A program made the translations under genes and the position numbers. Below are positions 57,257 through 64,000 of a stretch of 64,000 nucleotides of DNA, in pieces. A model generated the notes under the pieces. That model saw only the letters and a program-made list of their open reading frames with translations, did no database searches and had not been told where the DNA came from. The DNA lies in NCBI RefSeq assembly GCF_006345805.1, contig NC_043003.1, forward strand, positions 40,734,001-40,798,000, read 5' to 3'. The stretch comes from Octopus sinensis. Taxonomy: Eukaryota. Position 1 is the first letter of the stretch, and each line of letters starts with the position of its first letter.

Positions 57257-57500
57257 CTTCTCTTCATAAATGTTCTGAAATCTTTCAGAGCCTTGGATTT
57301 TTATCTCTTCTGTTAATTTTTATATGTGCATGCTAATAAATGTCCTACGTTGGACTCCTCATTCGTATAATCACCGAACCTAGTGCTTAACTATAGTCTG
57401 TCCATAGCACTTACTCCGCATTACCTGACACCTTTGGGTATTTGACATTATTACCACTCATAACCTGAATATATATGTATACATACATACATATATATAT

Positions 57501-57737
57501 AAAATAAGAAAATGGAGAAATACAACTAAATCAATTATCAACTACCAGATAATACCCAATCACATAATTTATTAAACCACTACAAACGAACATTAAGGTC
57601 AAACATAAAAATATAGAACAAAACAGTGTACATGTTTGACCTTAATGTTCATTTGTAGTGGTTTAATAAATTATGTGATTGGGTATTATCTGGTAGTTGA
57701 TAATTGATTTAGATGTATTTCTCCATTTTCTTATTTT
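57501..57737. repeat. Inverted repeat (106-bp arms 57501-57606 and 57632-57737, 25-bp spacer)
   Basis: Near-perfect arms. The right arm continues into a unique tail to about 57920 and then (TA)n. Confidence 0.9.
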
Positions 57738-57926
57738 GTATTATTAATTTGTGGTAAAACATTTTACCTTTGCCCATATAATACAGTAAATGAATTAATT
57801 GCATCGCAATTCTTAACATTTATGTATTAACATTGTTGGGTACTTCACTAGCAGTATATTGGATATATACTATCCCATGGAGGGTTGCATTTACAACCCT
57901 TATCTCAATTGTAATTTAAAACTATA

Positions 57927-57970
<44 letters not shown>

Positions 57971-58019
57971 ATTATATATATATATATATATATATTATGT
58001 ATGTATATATATGTATATA

Positions 58020-58085
<66 letters not shown>

Positions 58086-58272
58086 ATATAAGTGTAACTG
58101 CCTGAAACCGTGAGGATTATTTGGTAACTTGACTGATGAACAGAGTCTGCGAATGACCCATCCTTGTTTTATCCTGTCCAACTTCGCATCATCTATCTGT
58201 CCGAACGTTTTATTGTCGTGTTTGGCGTGTTCTTGCTCCATTTTGGGAATATTATATATATATATATTATAT

Positions 58273-58324
<52 letters not shown>

Positions 58325-58479
58325 ACATACATATATTTAAATTTAGTAATGAATATAGTCAATGTTATATACCTATCTAATTACTATCTAGTTCCTGTCC
58401 GAGTCGGCACCTTGTGCCCGTGAGAAATGTAGTGTTTTTGATGATGTTTCGTTGGTTTTAGATAAGTAAGCGTGAAATG

Positions 58480-58700
58480 AGAAGTTAAGTGTGCTTTGTA
58501 TGGGACGATGACAAAATACATTTTCAAAGATAACATGTCTTCGTTTTGCAAAATATTTCTGAATTTTGTTTTCAATAAATTAGGAGAATTCAAAGGGTTT
58601 TAAGCAATGGGAATCTTTTTCTTTTTACTCAGCTGTATATGGAAGACAGTTTTTATTCGAGTTAGATGATGATTACGTCTCAATGAAGTCTCACTTGATA
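58480..58700 (+). pseudogene. Highly decayed Penelope-like reverse-transcriptase remnant
   Basis: Ordered traces across frames: LYG (58498), AMG (gcaatggga at 58604), YME (58637) and R..DD (about 58660-58672). Confidence 0.3.
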
Positions 58701-59554
58701 TGATATTTAGTAGTATTTTCTCTCGACTACCCAATACTAATGTAATTAGACAATGTCGTACCATCTCTCTCTACAATGAATATATCAAAGATTGTATAAT
58801 TAAGATACCATTGATAAAATTTACCTTCACTTATAATTTTTAGATTTTCATACTAATTAAATCTTCAAAACTCAAATACTTTCCCCATCATATTTCTAAA
58901 AGATATTTTTTCATTCCATTAGTGTCTAAGATTTTATCACTTCATTTAATTATTTAATTTCATTTCATTTACTAAAATAAAATATCTCTGTTTTTAGATG
59001 CATTTCTTTAAATTTTATAAAACTGAAGGAAAGCAAATTATTTTAATCGTTTAAGATTTGTACTCCTTACAATCTTAATCCTGTAAAAAGGAAAGTCGGT
59101 GAAGTTAAACATACGTCCAAGTAATTACATATGACGATTGCATATGTAATTACTTAATTTAGCCGGAATTTTGGAGTTACAATGTACATTTTATAAGAAG
59201 GTTTTTTCCTTTCTATACAACAACGATGCATACATACAGCCATATATATTTGCACCGCCCATCCAATCAGCCATCTATTCATAAATACATACACATAGAT
59301 AAAACATGTGTCTGTTTGCGTATAGAATTTCTCTTTCTCTCTCCTTCCTCTTCTCTCTCCTCTCTCTACGCGCAGACACACACACACACATATATATGTG
59401 TGTGTGTGGATGTGTGAATGTGTACATATACAGCAAACCAGAAATGTATTTATGTGTACATACATGTACATGTGTATATAAATGTATGTATATACACACA
59501 CATATATATATATATATACATATACATACATACACATATACATATATTTATGTG

Positions 59555-59586
<32 letters not shown>

Positions 59587-59764
59587 TATACATACATACA
59601 TACATACATGCATATATATATATGTATAAACTCATATATATATATATGCATATTAACATATACATTCTAAGAGACATAAAATACACGGGGAGACATAAAA
59701 AAGGATAGCGTGAAGAAGACAGGCTAGCAATTAGATACTTACACATACACGCATTAGTATATAC

Positions 59765-59795
<31 letters not shown>

Positions 59796-60330
59796 TGTGT
59801 GTGTGTGTGTATGTGTGTGTGCGTGCGCGTGTGTGTATAAAATGATGGCTTCTGAGATAAGCGGACAGTGCGCACACATAACTCTACGGCTAGATTGAAG
59901 TTGTGCCAAAATTATATTATACCTCTTATGCAAAGTTTGATTTATTTTAGAAACGCTTCTATAATGAGGAGACTAGGTGGAGGGATATGGTACCTGCAGA
60001 AGTTAAACAGAAGCTGAGGTCATCTGATGACCTTTGCTCGCACTAGCCACTATATTAATCACATGGTCCGGTTAACAAGCACGTTTAGCGATTGGCTACG
60101 TATAGTGCTTAGGAAATCTGCAACAATCTGTGCGTGTGTATGTATATACGTGGATATGTTCGTGTAAGTAAACATAAATTTATGTAGGTACGAGTGTATA
60201 CACATATGTATATAGGCGGATGCGTATGTACTTATGTAGGTATTGTAATGTCTGTAAAGACATATATCTTTATATATGTTAGTATATGTATGCATATATA
60301 TATGTATAAATATATACATACATACTTGCA

Positions 60331-60390
<60 letters not shown>

Positions 60391-60432
60391 TATACATGTC
60401 AATATATAATGCATGCATACATACATACATGC

Positions 60433-60483
<51 letters not shown>

Positions 60484-60932
60484 CATACATACATACATAC
60501 ATACATACATACACATATACATATATATATATATATATTATATATATATATATAATATATATATATATATATTATATATATATATATCTTGTACAAATAT
60601 ACGGGGCGATTTTCTTTTATTGACCAATCTGAATCGATCTCCGCCTGTCTACGAAAACTATTAAAAACATAAAAAAAAATGAAAAAGGAAAGGATACGTA
60701 AATTAAAATTAGTAAAAATGTCATAAATTAGATTGACTCATAATTGGATGATGGAAAGAGAGGAAGAAAGAGTAAGAGAAGGGGAGAGTGGGAGACTTTC
60801 AATAAAAGAGAGAGATACACTGTATATAAATGGAGAGATAGAGAGAGGGGTAGGGAGTGGTAGAGTGAGGCAGAGCGCGATTTAGATGAATTGATAGACA
60901 GACTGGCATATATATATATAATATATATATAT

Positions 60933-61009
<77 letters not shown>

Positions 61010-61216
61010 GGAGATTTAAGGTTATGCACATATGAAGGAGTGGTTTCCACCACAGGGAGATAGAAACATGGGAAGATGGTCAGTATACTCTGGGAGGCAG
61101 AAGTAAGGCCTAACCTAACAAAGATAAAACTGAAAACCAAGGAAAAGTGAGAGATTTAGACGTGTACATGTGTGTATGTGTGTGTAGATATATGTTTTCA
61201 TGAGCAATAAGGAATG

Positions 61217-61387
61217 ACCACCAAAATGGACTCCTAAGATGCTAAAGATAGACGTCAAATCGCCTTTCATTTGTCTTGCTCATTTTTATATTCTGGCATT
61301 TTGCTGAAATTTTTGCTGAGAACGCACTCTTTGTGGTAAGGCGATTTCACGTCTACCTTTAGCATATTAGGAGTCCTCTTTGGTGGT
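61217..61387. repeat. Imperfect inverted repeat (50-bp arms, ~70-bp spacer)
   Basis: accaccaaaatggactcctaagatgctaaagatagacgtcaaatcgcctt versus aaggcgatttcacgtctacctttagcatattaggagtcctctttggtggt. Confidence 0.8.
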
Positions 61388-61496
61388 TATTTCTCCTAAT
61401 TTTGTATGCAATATAACTTTTAATCTTCGAACTAATTAAGATATTAGCATGCAATACAATAATCGCTTTGATCTCAGGCAATTAAACAAATCTCAT

Positions 61497-62162
61497 AATC
61501 TTTTCTACTCAAGGCACAAGGCTCCAAATTTTGGGGGAAGGGCCCATTCGATTATATCGGCCCTAGTACGCAACTGGTACTCCAGTTATCGACCCCGAAA
61601 GAATGAAAGGCAAAGTCGACCTCGACGGAATTTCAACTCAGAACATATTGACAGAAGAAATACTGCTAAGCATTTTGCCCGGCGTGATAACGTTTCTCAT
61701 TTCTTTATTGCCCACAAGGGGCTAAACACAGATGGGACACACAAGGGGCTAAACACAGATGGGACAAACAAGGACAGACAAACGGATTAAGTCGATTACA
61801 TGGACCCCAGTGCGTAACTGGTACTTATGTAATCGACCCCGAAAGAATGAAAGGCAAAGTCGACCTCGGCAGAATTTGAACTCAGAACGTAATGGCAGTA
61901 GAAATACCTAATTCTTTACTACCCACAAGGGGCTAAACACAGAGGAGACAAACAAGGACAGACAAACGGATTAAGTCGATTATATCGACCACAGTGCGTA
62001 ACTGGTACTTAATTTATCGACCCTGAAAGGATGAAAGGCAAAGTCGAAAGGATGAAAGGCAAAGTCGACCTCGGAGGAATTTGAACTCAGAACGTAGCGG
62101 CAGACGAAATACGGCTACGCATTTCGCCCGGCGTGATAACGTTTCTGCCAGCTCACCGCCTT
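61497..62162 (-). mobile_element. Three head-to-tail SINE family A copies
   Basis: actggtac...atcgaccc...gaaaggcaaagtcgacctcg occurs three times. One copy has tail type 1 and two have tail type 2; short internal tandem duplications are present. Confidence 0.85.
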
Positions 62163-62810
62163 AACAAATCTGAAGAAATGCCTTTAAAACATATCGGAAA
62201 TTTTTATTCTGTTCAAAATGACGGAGCTTTAATTGTATAAATCGTATATATTTTATGCTTTATAGACAAGCTACTTTACATTGTTTACTTTTTTCCTTGT
62301 CTCAGTCATTGGACTGCAGCCATACTGGAGTACCGCACCGAACCGCATTGAAGTGTTTAACCAATCAAAACAGCGCCAGTACTTTTTTTAAATCTGGCAT
62401 TTCTATTACCGTTAGCTGTCGAACAGTTATGTTACAATGACGTAAACAAACTAATACCGGCTGTCAAGCGTTGGGATAATGTAAACATAAATATGCACAC
62501 TCTTAACGCCAAAAGCCGGGAAAACGACAGCAAAATATACAGTACATCATTTATAGTGTTAATCTACCACCCAGGCCTGATACTGTATTTCAGCGACCTC
62601 AGAAGGATGGAAGGTAATATTGACCTCAACGGAATTTGAACTCAGAGCATATAGAATAGGAACAAATACTACGAGGCATTCTTTTCGACGGTCTAAAGAC
62701 TTTTCCACTTTACCTTCGTCGTCATTTTAATCATCATCAGCAGCATCATCGTCGTCGTCGTCGTAATTTGGTCGCTGCCGTCATCATCATTACCGACGGC
62801 GCACGCAGTT

Positions 62811-62882
<72 letters not shown>

Positions 62883-63907
62883 TACTACTACTACTTCTTC
62901 TTCTTCATCGTCATCATACAGTCGTCGCATAGCCGTCGATCTATCGTCGTCATCACCTTTGCCATTTTCTGTCGTCGTCGTCGTTGGAACCACCACCACA
63001 ACCATTTCGAACAACAAAAACAACAACAACAACAACAAAATCTATCGCCTTCTCAAGCTCATAGTTCCCAATGAAATTATCTCCGAATCAATCACCAAAC
63101 TTAGAAGGCCAAACAAACGTTTCACTTCACAACTCTCACCGATTCCTTGTCATTTGTTCGTCTTTGGTTTTGACGTATGATGACAAATGCGTTCGTGGTT
63201 AACTTGAGCCATTTCACATTCGCTATTTTAGAATCAAGTACTTGTAGCAATAAAATGGTATGAGATTGTCTATGAGGAAGTCTACTTTACGTAACAACAC
63301 CATAAATCGCATAGAACTAATTAGTTTTATGGAATGATATTTATCCGAATTTACTCGAATATATTTGTTCCAGAACAAGTCTAGAAATATATCTTTTTAT
63401 AAACTGAATTAATTCAAGAGGCTATATGATGAGTTGTATAATTTAAGTTTCTTTGGAACTAATATTTCAATCCAAAACCTTTCCATCTAGATTTATCATG
63501 GTAAAAAAAAAAATCGGTATTTTTGTATACGACATATATGTATGTATGTATGTAATGTATGTATGTATGTATGTATGTATGTATGTATGTATGTATGTGT
63601 GTATGTATGTATGTATGTAGGTATGTAAGTCTGTATGTATATTGGCAAGGTTAAGAAGTTAAAAGTGAAATGAAGAAAATGTTTCGAAAACTTTATCATA
63701 AAGACGAGAAGTATTCATATTTTTATAGAATACGTTACTAGTTTCAGTCGCTAATAAAATTTGACTTATGAACGCATCAATCTCTGTCTCTCTCCTCTCC
63801 CTCTGTCTGTCTGTCTGTATATATATATATAGAGAGAGAGAGACAGATAAATTGATATATATATATATATATATATATATCAATTTATCTGTCTTTCTGT
63901 CAGTCTG

Positions 63908-63960
<53 letters not shown>

Positions 63961-64000
63961 ATCTATCTATCTATCTATATATCTATCTACATGTCTGTCT

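Noticed and set aside
61560-62100. Regularly spaced repeats that could suggest a CRISPR-like array
   Set aside because: These are tandem SINE copies in eukaryotic DNA, with no unique spacers and no cas genes.

Overview
Repeat-dominated, AT-rich animal genomic DNA, most likely from a cephalopod (Octopus-like; inferred from the SINE types and the extreme (TA)n/(CA)n/(TATG)n/(TATC)n/(TAA)n load). There is one 100-N scaffold gap at 42609-42708. I found no convincing intact host protein-coding exon, and almost all listed ORFs are microsatellite translations. The recognisable coding remnants are all from transposons: a near full-length but frameshifted R4/Dong-like restriction-like-endonuclease (RLE) LINE (48127-52290, minus) with further RLE fragments in (TAA)n and (CATA)n arrays, a gag/ORF1-like zinc-knuckle remnant, two divergent Tc1 transposase pseudogenes, mariner/pogo/hAT non-autonomous elements, RTE-like fragments and many tRNA-derived SINEs. 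The most notable signal is non-coding. Short sequence islands inside (TA)n arrays carry about 10 recognisable type I hammerhead ribozyme (HHR) motifs from several unrelated families, plus a few degenerate ones. Several sit in long fold-back palindromes, one pair lies back-to-back in opposite polarity within one island, and non-canonical cores recur (U4C, compensatory U3-A8, mismatched 10.1-11.1). This architecture fits Penelope-like-element (PLE) pseudo-LTRs or retrozyme-like non-autonomous elements that target (TA)n. All structure calls were made by eye, and most repeat boundaries are approximate.
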